Made by a program: the position numbers and the translations under genes
Notes under the pieces: generated by a model
Databases searched by the model: none
Told to the model about the DNA's origin: nothing
What the model saw: only the letters and a program-made list of their open reading frames with translations
Part shown: one piece after another, positions 1 to 8,445 of the stretch
How positions within the stretch are numbered: the stretch's first letter is position 1
Layout: every line of letters begins with the position of its first letter
Assembly (NCBI GenBank): GCA_963665325.3
Contig: CAXXWS020000002.1
Span: 1,056,001 to 1,120,000 of the forward strand
Source: Alphaproteobacteria bacterium
GTDB lineage: Bacteria > Pseudomonadota > Alphaproteobacteria > Bin95
Length of the DNA: 64,000 nt
Direction: 5' to 3'

Positions 1-157
1 TCACCGCGTCGGTCGCGTCGTCGGCGTCCCAGACCTCGCGGCTGTCGAACTCGTCGCGCTCGGGGGTAGCGCCGAAGAGCTGGGCCTGTTCGCAGACGGT
101 GGCGGTGACGGACCGGTCCTGCGCTTCGATGGTGTCGATGTTCTCGATGAGTGTCAT
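1..157 (-). CDS. 5' part of a hypothetical protein running off the window, possibly DUF2493/SLOG-type ICE protein
   Basis: Read by eye: AAGGAG RBS then ATG at 157, MTLIENIDTIEAQDRSVTATVCEQAQLFGATPERDEFDSREVWD..., open to the edge. The family guess rests on weak resemblance of 'QLFGxxP' to such N-termini. Confidence 0.45.
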   Translation of the reverse strand, partial: MTLIENIDTIEAQDRSVTATVCEQAQLFGATPERDEFDSREVWDADDATDAV

Positions 158-267
158 GACGATCTCCTTGCGATCGGTTGCACGTACCGGGGCCGATCCC
201 CGTCGTGATGTCCTGTTGGGAACCGCGCGCGCAGCGGAAGCACCTGGGCTTAGAAGCGCTTGGGGCG

Positions 268-319
268 GAGTGGTGCGGAAAGTCGGCGAGTGGTGCGGAA
301 GATCGCGCCAGCGATCTTC
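268..319. repeat. 13-bp direct repeat (GAGTGGTGCGGAA at 268-280 and 288-300) overlapping a 9-bp-stem hairpin (GAAGATCGC-gcca-GCGATCTTC, 298-319)
   Basis: Seen directly in the sequence; function unknown. Confidence 0.6.
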
Positions 320-521
320 ACGGTCGTCGGCTTTCACGGTCCGCCCCTAGAGCTTCTTGCCCAGGCCGGAGGGAGCTTGCGACCGGAGGACCCGCAGGGT
401 TGCTGTAGCGAGCACGTGGATCACAATGGGACTTCACGACGAGGCGAATATCTCTCCACCTGCACGGACCTCATCGGCGGTTCGGCCCGGCACGGCGTTC
501 GAATGGAAGCACGGCGGCGCG

Positions 522-863
522 TCATGCATCTGACCGCTCGGCCAGCGTCTGTGCCGCCCAGGCGGCCGCCCGTTCGAGCACCTCGCCGTGGCAGGGATGG
601 CCGTCGCCCGCGCACCAGCACGCCAGCCAGCAGCCGTCGAGCTCGGCAAGCTCTTCGAGCGTGACCTCGCCGGCGCGGATCTGCCGCCAGAGATGGACGC
701 GGTAGCAGGCGACCGCCTCGGCATGCGAGACCCCGTCCGTCACGCGATACGGATTGCCCCACTTCGTGCGGCGGTCGATCAGCACGGTGTTGTTCACCAC
801 CTGGGCATATTCGAACGCCTCGCGCAGCTTCGGCTCGTGCCGGAGATTGATGACGGCGCTCAT
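522..863 (-). CDS. DUF4326 domain protein
   Basis: Motifs IDRRTKWGNPY and LACWC...PCHGEVL match this family; GGAGG-type RBS upstream. Confidence 0.85.
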   Translation of the reverse strand: MSAVINLRHEPKLREAFEYAQVVNNTVLIDRRTKWGNPYRVTDGVSHAEAVACYRVHLWRQIRAGEVTLEELAELDGCWLACWCAGDGHPCHGEVLERAAAWAAQTLAERSDA

Positions 864-962
864 GACTCCCTCCTGCTCTTCATTGCGATCGCCCGCCCGC
901 CGCTCTCCTCTCGCTCTCCGGACGCCCGGCCGGCGACGGCGCTGCTCCGGATCCGCTGCATG

Positions 963-991
963 AAAAAGGGCGGCCGCCGAAGCAGCCGCCC
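963..991 (-). terminator. Rho-independent terminator downstream of ssb
   Basis: Minus strand reads GGGCGGCTGC-TTCG-GCGGCCGCCC-TTTTT. Confidence 0.7.
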
Positions 992-1022
992 GAGTTGGAA
1001 GGGAGGAGGAGAAACAGGCTCG

Positions 1023-1487
1023 TCAGAACGGAATTTCCATGCCGGATTCGCCGCCCTGCGCCGGGGCGTCGCCGGCCGGCATCGTCTCGCCGTTCGCCGG
1101 CTCCTGCGCGGCCCGGGCGCCGCTCCCGTTGGCCCCGGTCGGGCGATCGAGGAACTGTACCCTGTGACCGGGCACCACCAGGATCTCGGTCGAGAAGCGG
1201 TCGGAGTCCTCGCCGTCCTTCTTCCAGCGGCGGGTCTGCAACTTGCCCTCGGCGTGGACCAGGCGGCCCTTCTTCGCATGGCGCACCAGCATGTCGATCA
1301 GCCCGTCCTGGAAGGTCACGACTCGGTGCCACTCGGTCCTGTCGACCTTCTCGCCGTCGCGGTTGAAATAGGACTCGTCGGTGGCGATGCTGAGATTGGC
1401 CACGCGCCCCCCGCTCATCAGCTGGTTGACGGTGACGTCGGCGCCGAGGCGGCCGATCAGTTCGACGCGGTTCATTCCGAAGCTCAT
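1023..1487 (-). CDS. ssb: Single-stranded DNA-binding protein (element-borne)
   Basis: NRVELIGRLG, ATDE, TEWHRVV, EGKLQTRRW motifs and a C-terminal IPF tail; AAGGAG RBS. Confidence 0.95.
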   Translation of the reverse strand: MSFGMNRVELIGRLGADVTVNQLMSGGRVANLSIATDESYFNRDGEKVDRTEWHRVVTFQDGLIDMLVRHAKKGRLVHAEGKLQTRRWKKDGEDSDRFSTEILVVPGHRVQFLDRPTGANGSGARAAQEPANGETMPAGDAPAQGGESGMEIPF

Positions 1488-1587
1488 CGCGATGCTCCTT
1501 CAGTTCTCGATGTTGACGATGGTCGAGCGGCAGGACCGGAGAACGCTCTCTCCAGCCCCTTCCCGCTCATCTTCTCCAGGCCCTCCT

Positions 1588-1743
1588 TTAACTCCGGTCC
1601 GCCGGGGCCTCGCGGTCGGGACAGCGCCGGGCAAGGTCTTCGCTCAGCGCGTCCCTGACCGAGCGGGCATCGAGGCCTATTTCGGCGAGGACGGCGTCGG
1701 CGGCGGGGCCGACAGGGTCGTAATCGGTGTCGAAGGCGAACAT
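1588..1743 (-). CDS. Small acidic hypothetical protein (51 aa)
   Basis: GGGAG RBS before ATG at 1743; MFAFDTDYDPVGPAADAVLAEIGLDARSVRDALSEDL... Confidence 0.5.
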   Translation of the reverse strand: MFAFDTDYDPVGPAADAVLAEIGLDARSVRDALSEDLARRCPDREAPADRS

Positions 1744-1913
1744 GGTGCGATCTCCCGTGCCGCGCCCGGCCGCGACGGAAACCCTCCCTCGCTCCCAACC
1801 GGGCGCTCGCCCGGCGAAAGCCCCTCTCGACCTCCCGGCCGGCCCCCCGGCGGACCGGCGGCCCCTGCTCCGACCGCAACGGGCGGGAAGTGCTGCCGCG
1901 ATACCGGGCGGCT

Positions 1914-2180
1914 TCAGTGCAGGGTGCTGCCGTTCATGCCGCCGGCACCCGCCCGCAAGCAGCGCGCGGCGAATGCGGTCCAGGCGTTTCGGTCGAGGCC
2001 GAGCGCCCGGTTGAGGGAATCGCATACGGCCAGGCCGTCGGTCCGGTTCAGGGCGACCAGCGCGGTGGGGATGGCGAAGGCAAAGCCGTCGACCAAAATG
2101 CGGATCTGCGGGGGCTCGCCGTCGTCGTCGGTGGCGGGGTAGAAGCAATAGGCGGGGTTGTCGGGCAGACGGGCGGTCAT
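1914..2180 (-). CDS. Hypothetical protein (88 aa)
   Basis: AAGGAG RBS before ATG at 2180; protein-like composition (MTARLPDNPAYCFYP...). Confidence 0.65.
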   Translation of the reverse strand: MTARLPDNPAYCFYPATDDDGEPPQIRILVDGFAFAIPTALVALNRTDGLAVCDSLNRALGLDRNAWTAFAARCLRAGAGGMNGSTLH

Positions 2181-2300
2181 GATGGAAACTCCTTCGGTGG
2201 GGTCCGGGCCGGCGGGCGCACGGCCGGCCACACGCATGTCGGACGGGGGGGCGGCGGGCCGGCGGCGCAGCAGGGGATGGGTCCGCTGCGCCGCGCGGGA

Positions 2301-3563
2301 TCACCAGGGCGGAGCGGTCATCGTCGCCATCGGGCTGATGTCGGCGACCACCTCCACCTCGTCGCGCGAGAGCCTGGCGAAGGCGAGGCAGAGCGCGACG
2401 TCGGCCTCGCTGTCATAGGGGCCGTGCTCCCGGCCGGTGGCGATTTCGATCACCGTCCAGCTCGGGTCCCAGATCGGGATGCCGCGGAATGCCCCCGAGC
2501 CCTCGCGGTGCTTGCGGGAACAGGGCTCGCAGCGCGCCACCCCCGGCGAGGGCGTGTTGCATTCGACGCAGCGGCCCCTGGCCCGCCGCTCGGCGTAGCG
2601 CCGGCGGCGGGCAGCGTATTCCGCCTCGCGGTCGCGCCGCTCCTCCTTGGCCACGGCGCAGGGCGCGCAGTAGGCCGCGCCGCCGTAGGTGGGGGTTTGG
2701 CACTTGACGCAGACCCCGGCGGCTCTCCGGGCATCGTAGCGGGCGCGCGCGGCGTCGCGGCAGGCCTGGCACTCGGCGGCCCCGCCGGCCGGCCTGCCGC
2801 AGGTCGTGCAGTCGCCCCTGGCTCTCCGTTCGGCATAGCGCCGGCGGTCGGTTTCCCGCTTGGTCTTCAGGTTCCGCCGCCCTTCCTTGGCCACGGCGCA
2901 GGGTTCGCAATAGGCCTTGCCGTCCGCCGCGGGCGCCGTGCAATTCACGCACAGGCCGGCGGCGCGGCGCTCGCGATGGCGGGCCCGGGCGGCGTCGCGG
3001 CGGTCGTCCCGGCACGGCTCGCACATCGATCGTCCCTCTTCGGGCGGGACGGCGCCGCAGCGGATGCAAAGACCGGCCGCGAGGCGGGCTTCGCTGCGCC
3101 GGCGGCTGCCCTTCCGGCCGGCCCGGCGCCGGGCTACCGGGTCGCGTCCGCCATACGGTATCCCCTCGGCCTTGGCCCTGGCGTGACGAGCGCGGTCACG
3201 GGCGCGGTGCTTCTCCGCGCAGGGCTCGCAGGTCGTGCGATCGGGCCGCGCCGGAGCCCGGCCGCATTTCGTGCAGATGCCGGCGGCCTTGCGCTCGGCG
3301 TGCTGGCGGCGACCACGCTCACGCTCGTAGCGCTTCGCCTGTTCCGGGTCGCGTACGGGCTTGCCCTCGGCCCGGAGCCGGGCGGACCGCGCGCGGTCGG
3401 CGGCGCGGCACCTCTCCGCACAGGGCTCGCAGAGCGTGCGCTCGGGCGCGGGCTCGGTCTTGCCGCATCGCACGCAGAGCCCCGCTGCGCGACGCTCAGC
3501 GGTTCGCCGGTGATAGCGCGCAAGGTCGTTCCTGCGCCGGGCCTCGATATCGCGGTAAGCCAC
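2301..3563 (-). CDS. Arg-rich protein with seven tandem CxxC-x9-11-CxxC (C4 zinc-finger-like) repeats and a short distinct C-terminal domain
   Basis: AAGGAGG RBS then GTG. 14 CxxC pairs in 7 units, each preceded by R(R/K/L)A(A/R)G; DNA-level internal duplications visible. Confidence 0.8.
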   Translation of the reverse strand: MAYRDIEARRRNDLARYHRRTAERRAAGLCVRCGKTEPAPERTLCEPCAERCRAADRARSARLRAEGKPVRDPEQAKRYERERGRRQHAERKAAGICTKCGRAPARPDRTTCEPCAEKHRARDRARHARAKAEGIPYGGRDPVARRRAGRKGSRRRSEARLAAGLCIRCGAVPPEEGRSMCEPCRDDRRDAARARHRERRAAGLCVNCTAPAADGKAYCEPCAVAKEGRRNLKTKRETDRRRYAERRARGDCTTCGRPAGGAAECQACRDAARARYDARRAAGVCVKCQTPTYGGAAYCAPCAVAKEERRDREAEYAARRRRYAERRARGRCVECNTPSPGVARCEPCSRKHREGSGAFRGIPIWDPSWTVIEIATGREHGPYDSEADVALCLAFARLSRDEVEVVADISPMATMTAPPW

Positions 3564-3648
3564 AACGGCCTCCTTCCTGCCAATCCGGGAGTGGACGGAA
3601 GGACGCCCCGCCGCCAGCAGGCCGGCAGGACGTCCGGGAAGGAGGCCG

Positions 3649-3975
3649 TCAGCCCTTCTGCTTGCGGTCGCACAGGATTCCGGCGGCGATCGAACCCCAG
3701 ACCTGCATGCCGCCGCGGGTCTTCAGGCCAGTGCAGATGATGATCTCGGTGCAGGCGGGGCGCATCTCCCGGACCGCCTTCAGCGTGGCCGTGCTGCGTT
3801 TGGCCTTGCGCCGACTCTTCGCCGCGACCGCTTCGGCGGGGGCGGGAACGATGTCGCCGTCCGCGCGGGCCCGGAAGCGCTCGACCACATAGCGGTCGTC
3901 GGCCAGGCCGGTGCCGAAGAAATGAACCAGAAAGGTCTCCGCCGTGTTGCCGGGGATCGCCATGGCTGCCGTCAT
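3649..3975 (-). CDS. Hypothetical protein (108 aa)
   Basis: AAGGAG RBS before ATG at 3975; co-oriented directly upstream of the zinc-finger repeat gene. Confidence 0.6.
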   Translation of the reverse strand: MTAAMAIPGNTAETFLVHFFGTGLADDRYVVERFRARADGDIVPAPAEAVAAKSRRKAKRSTATLKAVREMRPACTEIIICTGLKTRGGMQVWGSIAAGILCDRKQKG

Positions 3976-4461
3976 GGTGCCGTCTCCTTCGTGCCGATGA
4001 GGGGAAACGGCGGCCGGACGCCCTCCCCGGACATCCGGCCGCCGCCCCGCTCACGGCCAACCCTCCCCTCTTGCCGGCGAGGAGCGCTCGGGCGGGGAGA
4101 CCGGGATGGAAGGCGGCGGGCCGGCAACACGTGTCGGGGCGCGGACGCTGGCATTGGTCTGCGTCACGATTGCTGACGGCGGTATTAACCGTGCATCAGC
4201 TTATCGCTGCCCGGCGCGATCGCCCGTGAGTCGGAGCGAAAGATGACCGGGCGTCTGCGGCAGAACGGTTGAGCCCCGCGAGCCAAAGCGACTACAAGGC
4301 CACCATGGGTTTCGTTGCCCACAGGATCGCGAAGGGGTGTCGATGAGCGTGGAACCGGGACCGGCGGGACCGCGTTTCGTGTTACGTTGGTCGCGAGGTA
4401 TCCGAGGGCGCGCGAGCGGCGGGCGGAGGTTCGATCGGGCAGGTCTTCAGGGAGCGAGCGC

Positions 4462-4749
4462 ATGAATAAGGCGGAACTTGTCGGCGACGTGGCCGCTCGA
4501 ACCGGATTGAGCCGGACGGATGCGGCCGGCGCGGTGGATGCGGTGTTCGAGGCGGTCACCGAGTCGCTTGGCCGGCGGGAGGAAGTGAGGATCGCCGGGT
4601 TCGGCCGGTTCGCCACCAGGTCCCGGCCCGCCCGTACCGCACGCAATCCGCGCACGGGTGAGCCCGTTGCGGTGGCGGCTTCGACCGCGCCGTCGTTCAA
4701 GCCGGCCAGGGCGCTCCGCGAGACCGTGAACGGCGGAGCCTCCTCGTGA
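4462..4749 (+). CDS. HU-family DNA-binding protein (element-borne)
   Basis: MNKAELV..., GFGRF, ARNPRTGE and PSFKP motifs. Confidence 0.92.
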   Translation: MNKAELVGDVAARTGLSRTDAAGAVDAVFEAVTESLGRREEVRIAGFGRFATRSRPARTARNPRTGEPVAVAASTAPSFKPARALRETVNGGASS

Positions 4750-4808
4750 GCCCGATCGGACCTTCGGTGCCAGAGTTCGTCATGTGCCGCGTTTGACGTC
4801 CGTGCAGA

Positions 4809-4950
4809 ATGCCCAAGGCACGTGATGCAATTCGCCTCGTCGAACGGGAGGGCTGGTCGCTAGTCCGGGTCAGCGATCGCCACCCAGCTTGAAGGGTTAC
4901 AAATCGCCCCGGCTCACTGGAAGTGGGACACTGAACTTGATGCCGCACGA
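4809..4950 (+). pseudogene. Decayed HicA-family toxin gene
   Basis: MPKARDAIRLVEREGWSLVRVSDRHPA* (TGA at 4890), continuing RVT... and, after a frameshift, GTLNL. This resembles the HicA pattern 'IRLLExDGWxLVRxKGSH...HP..KGRVT...GTLNSI' with the GSH motif lost. Confidence 0.55.
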
Positions 4951-5019
4951 AAGTATATGGTGGGCATTTCGCCTGTTTGGTGTGGCGGTACTGCGATAGC
5001 GCAAGGAAGTTCGTGGCTG

Positions 5020-5262
5020 TTACAAGTCCAACCTCCGTAGGAGATCCTGGATGCCGACTCCGTGATGCCGGGCGATGCTCTTCAGGATGCTGGACAGCGT
5101 CTTCGCCCGGAGCGGGTCGTGCAGCGGGATGACCTCATGGTGCTCGCCTCCGGTCTGCGTCGTGATACGCACGTGCGAGCCGCGTTGGCGCACTTGCTCA
5201 TAGCCGATGCGACGAAGCGCCGCCACCAGGGTGGCGCCGCTCACGTCGCGCGGCAACTTCAT
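5020..5262 (-). CDS. hicA: HicA-family mRNA interferase toxin
   Basis: MKLPRDVSG..., VRQRGSHVR (catalytic His), IPLHDPL..KTLSSIL. Confidence 0.9.
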   Translation of the reverse strand: MKLPRDVSGATLVAALRRIGYEQVRQRGSHVRITTQTGGEHHEVIPLHDPLRAKTLSSILKSIARHHGVGIQDLLRRLDL

Positions 5263-5477
5263 GCCACCAGAACCTCGTCCCGTACGAAATGCAGCCGGAT
5301 CAGGCTCGGGCGCTCCATGCCGTCGTCGAAGTAGCAGTCCACCGCTTCTCGCACGTTGCGGCGGAGGTCTTCGAGGCTGTCGCCTTGGGTGTGGATGCCA
5401 AAGCCGAGCGCGCCGGCCGAGTAACCACCGTCCAACTCGTCCTCACTGACTTCGAAGATGATCTCCGTCCCGGACAT
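5259..5477 (-). CDS. Short HicB-like antitoxin lacking a DNA-binding domain
   Basis: EIIFEV.EDE.DGGYSA...IHTQGDSLEDLRRNVREAVDCYF (partial RNase H fold); 4-nt overlap with hicA. Confidence 0.85.
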   Translation of the reverse strand: MSGTEIIFEVSEDELDGGYSAGALGFGIHTQGDSLEDLRRNVREAVDCYFDDGMERPSLIRLHFVRDEVLVA

Positions 5478-5875
5478 TGGTGTCTCCACTTGCCGCTACG
5501 TTCATGCCGCCGCATTCGACGACCATCGCCCACAGTCGATCCTACCCTATGCGGAGCGGCGGTCGAGCGGATTCTTGTTTTGTCCGATCCGCGTGGGCGG
5601 TTTGCGGAGCAACGGACAAGGATATGGCTGTCCAGGCCCATGAATTCGGCATGGTTCCGGGGTTGAATTCAGCCGGTCGAATTGAAGACGGGCGCGCTAT
5701 GGCCAGTCTGTGAGCCCTCGACAGTCCTGCGCTGAGTCTACCCGTCCAACGCTCCGTGAGCATTACTTACGGCTGGCCGACATGACCATATACAGAAACT
5801 GCGTGGGCCCAGGGGCCAGGGGGCACGGATCATGTCGCCGGTTGTCTGGTAGAATCAAGGAAGCGGGGCGCCTCC

Positions 5876-7072
5876 CTATAGAACATCGGCGGCAATGCTG
5901 ACCGCTATCCTCTCAGCGGATTCCCTGACCGAGTCACGCGCGAGATGCGCATAGCGCGCGGTGGTTTCTATCCTGCGGTGGCCGAGCAGCCGGCCGATGA
6001 TCGGCAGGCCCTCGCCGAGCGCCAGCGCCCTGGACGCGAACGAATGTCGAATGTCGTGGATGCGCACGTCATCCAGCCCGGCCTTCGCGCGGATGCTCTG
6101 CCACGCCCCATCGATGTCGGCCATGTGCGTGCCCGGCTTCGCGCCCGGAACGACCCACGGATTGTCCGGTTCGCGCGGCAGGGCCGCGAGCACGTTCACC
6201 GCCGCCGGCGACAGGTGGACCGTGCGGTCGCCAGTCTTCCCGTTGACGATGCGCATCTCCGCCCTGTCGAGATCGACATGCTTCCAGGGCAGGGTCATGA
6301 TCTCGTTCTTGCGGCAGCCCGTCAGCATCAGCAGGCGGATCGTCGTGACCGCCCCCGCCGATACCTGGCTGCCGTTCCCCGACACCTCGTCGAGCACCTG
6401 CCCGAGGCGGGTGAACTCGGCGTCGGTCAGGAAGCGCTCGCGCTTCTTCTTCGGGTTCATTGGAATCGACCGGCACGGATCGTCGTGGTCCTCGGGGACC
6501 ATGTCCCAGCCCTTGGCGAGCTTGTACATGTAGGTCAGGGTCTCGACGACCATGTTGGCCATGGCGGGGATTTCGCACAGGCTCTCGTGCAGCGCCATGA
6601 CGTGGCGCCGCTCCACCGCCGCGATCGGCAGCTTGCCGAGCGCCGGCACGATGTGGCGGTTGACGACGCTGCGCGCGGTGCGCTGCGTCTTCGGCTTGCA
6701 GCGGGCCGCGACATGCTCTTCGAGATAGCGCCGCCCCAGGTCGGCGACGGTCGGCCCGCCGGCGTGTTTCGCAGGGAGCGGCAGGGGCACCGGATCCTCG
6801 CCGGCCTTGACGCGCGCGATGATGAGCGCGGCCCGCTGGCGCGCCTCGGTGGCGCTCAGCACCGGATGGCGCCCGACCGTGATGCGCCTCGGCCGGTTGG
6901 GCCTGCCCGGCCCGTCGGGACCGCGCGCCTGGGCGACGAAGACCTTGCCGCCGGTCGGGTATACCCGGACGCCGAAGCCGGTCAGGGTGCGGTCCCAGAA
7001 CACCGTGTCGCGCTCGACGAAAAGCGCCTCCACCGTGCGGTTGGAGAGCGTCCTGTATTGCAGCACCGCCAT
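5876..7072 (-). CDS. Tyrosine recombinase/integrase 1 (P4-like, N-terminal arm-binding domain)
   Basis: WD..LTGFGVRVYPTGGKVF arm domain; catalytic set LTGCR, GKTG, HDIRH, LGH and ARY all present. Confidence 0.95.
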   Translation of the reverse strand: MAVLQYRTLSNRTVEALFVERDTVFWDRTLTGFGVRVYPTGGKVFVAQARGPDGPGRPNRPRRITVGRHPVLSATEARQRAALIIARVKAGEDPVPLPLPAKHAGGPTVADLGRRYLEEHVAARCKPKTQRTARSVVNRHIVPALGKLPIAAVERRHVMALHESLCEIPAMANMVVETLTYMYKLAKGWDMVPEDHDDPCRSIPMNPKKKRERFLTDAEFTRLGQVLDEVSGNGSQVSAGAVTTIRLLMLTGCRKNEIMTLPWKHVDLDRAEMRIVNGKTGDRTVHLSPAAVNVLAALPREPDNPWVVPGAKPGTHMADIDGAWQSIRAKAGLDDVRIHDIRHSFASRALALGEGLPIIGRLLGHRRIETTARYAHLARDSVRESAERIAVSIAADVL

Positions 7073-7084
7073 CGCCCGCGCCTC

Positions 7085-8269
7085 CTATGCCGCCTCGGCG
7101 TCCGGCGCCGCGAGGTGGGCGCCGATGCTGTCTCCGGTGCGCGCCGCGGCGGCCTTCTCCGCGTCGTGCACGAGATGCGCATACCGGGCGGTGGTGCCGA
7201 CCTTGGAATGGCCGAGTATGCGCCCGATCATCGTCAGGCTCTCGCCGAGGGCCAGCGCGCGCGAGGCGTGCGAATGACGAAGATCGTGGATGCGCACGCC
7301 CTCGATGCCGGCATGGTCCTTGATGCGGTTCCAGTAGTAGGTGAGGTCGGGCAGGCAGATGCCGGGCTTCTGGCTCGGGATGACCCACGGATTGCCTTCG
7401 ACGCGCTCGATGCCGTCGAGCACCTTCAGGGCCGGCGTGGTCAGCGGCACCATGCGCGGGCCACGCTTGCCGTCGCGGAGCCGGAACTCGCCGGCGGTGT
7501 GGTCGACGTCGTCCCATCGGAGTGTGAGGATCTCGGACTTGCGGCAGCCGGTCAGCATCAGCAGCCGGATCGCGGCGATCGCCGGCGGCCACATCCAGCC
7601 TCCGGCCTCGGCTTCCCTGAGCGCCGCGCCGACGCGGCGGTACTCCTCCGCCGTCAAGAACCGCTCGCGGGCCTGCTCGCGGTAGTGCCGGACCATCCTG
7701 CAGGGATTGCGGCCGCGGGGCACCAGTTCCCATGTCTCGGCGAGCGAGAACATCTTCGAGAGCATCGAGACGACGTGGTTGGCCATCGAGGGCGTGTTGC
7801 GCAGGCGGTCGTGGAGCTCGATGACGTGGCTCGACCGCACGTCCTTCACCGCCATGGTTCCGAGCGCGGGGACGATGTGCCGGTCGATGGCGGTGCGGTA
7901 GAGCTTCTCCGTCTTCGGCTTGCAGTGGACCTTCACGTAGGCGCGCATCGCGCGCGCCGCGAGGTCGGCGACGGTGGGGTCCGGTTCCGGCTTCGGAGGC
8001 AGCGGCTCCAGTCCGCGCTTGATGCGGTCGATGACCTCGGCCGCCTCGCGGCGTCTCTGATCGATCGCCTTCCCGGGGACGGGTCCAAGGGTGACGCGCT
8101 TGAGGCCGGCGGGACCGCGCGACTGGACGACATAGACCTTGCGGCCGTTACGCTGGACGCGGACGCCGAAACCGGCGAGGTCGCGGTCCCAATGAACGGC
8201 GTCCCTGCCGGTCGCCGGCAGGGCGGCGACGCTGCGGGTGGTGAGGCGGAGGGTGCTTCTCTTCGGCAT
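7085..8269 (-). CDS. Tyrosine recombinase/integrase 2 (P4-like, N-terminal arm-binding domain)
   Basis: WDRDLAGFGVRV arm domain; LTGCR, DGKRG, HDLRH, LGH and ARY all present; ends 12 nt before integrase 1. Confidence 0.95.
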   Translation of the reverse strand: MPKRSTLRLTTRSVAALPATGRDAVHWDRDLAGFGVRVQRNGRKVYVVQSRGPAGLKRVTLGPVPGKAIDQRRREAAEVIDRIKRGLEPLPPKPEPDPTVADLAARAMRAYVKVHCKPKTEKLYRTAIDRHIVPALGTMAVKDVRSSHVIELHDRLRNTPSMANHVVSMLSKMFSLAETWELVPRGRNPCRMVRHYREQARERFLTAEEYRRVGAALREAEAGGWMWPPAIAAIRLLMLTGCRKSEILTLRWDDVDHTAGEFRLRDGKRGPRMVPLTTPALKVLDGIERVEGNPWVIPSQKPGICLPDLTYYWNRIKDHAGIEGVRIHDLRHSHASRALALGESLTMIGRILGHSKVGTTARYAHLVHDAEKAAAARTGDSIGAHLAAPDAEAA

Positions 8270-8445
8270 GGCGGTCCCCGGGGTCGCGGCGGCTCGATTC
8301 GGCTCCGAATTGGAAGGTTGCAAATTGAGTCATCAAACCGCAAACGAGCGGCATCAACCTGTGGGGATAGCCTAGGCCGGCTCTGGCCTCAATTCAAGGG
8401 GTCGTGGGTGCCGAGGAAAGAGAAAAACCTATGTAAGACGCTAAG

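Noticed and set aside
268-300. Possible CRISPR or iteron array
   Set aside because: Only two 13-bp copies with a 7-bp spacer, and no cas or rep gene nearby.
5490-5875. tRNA/att site or ncRNA downstream of integrase 1
   Set aside because: I found no cloverleaf, T-loop motif or convincing long stem, and the short ORFs there have no recognisable motifs.
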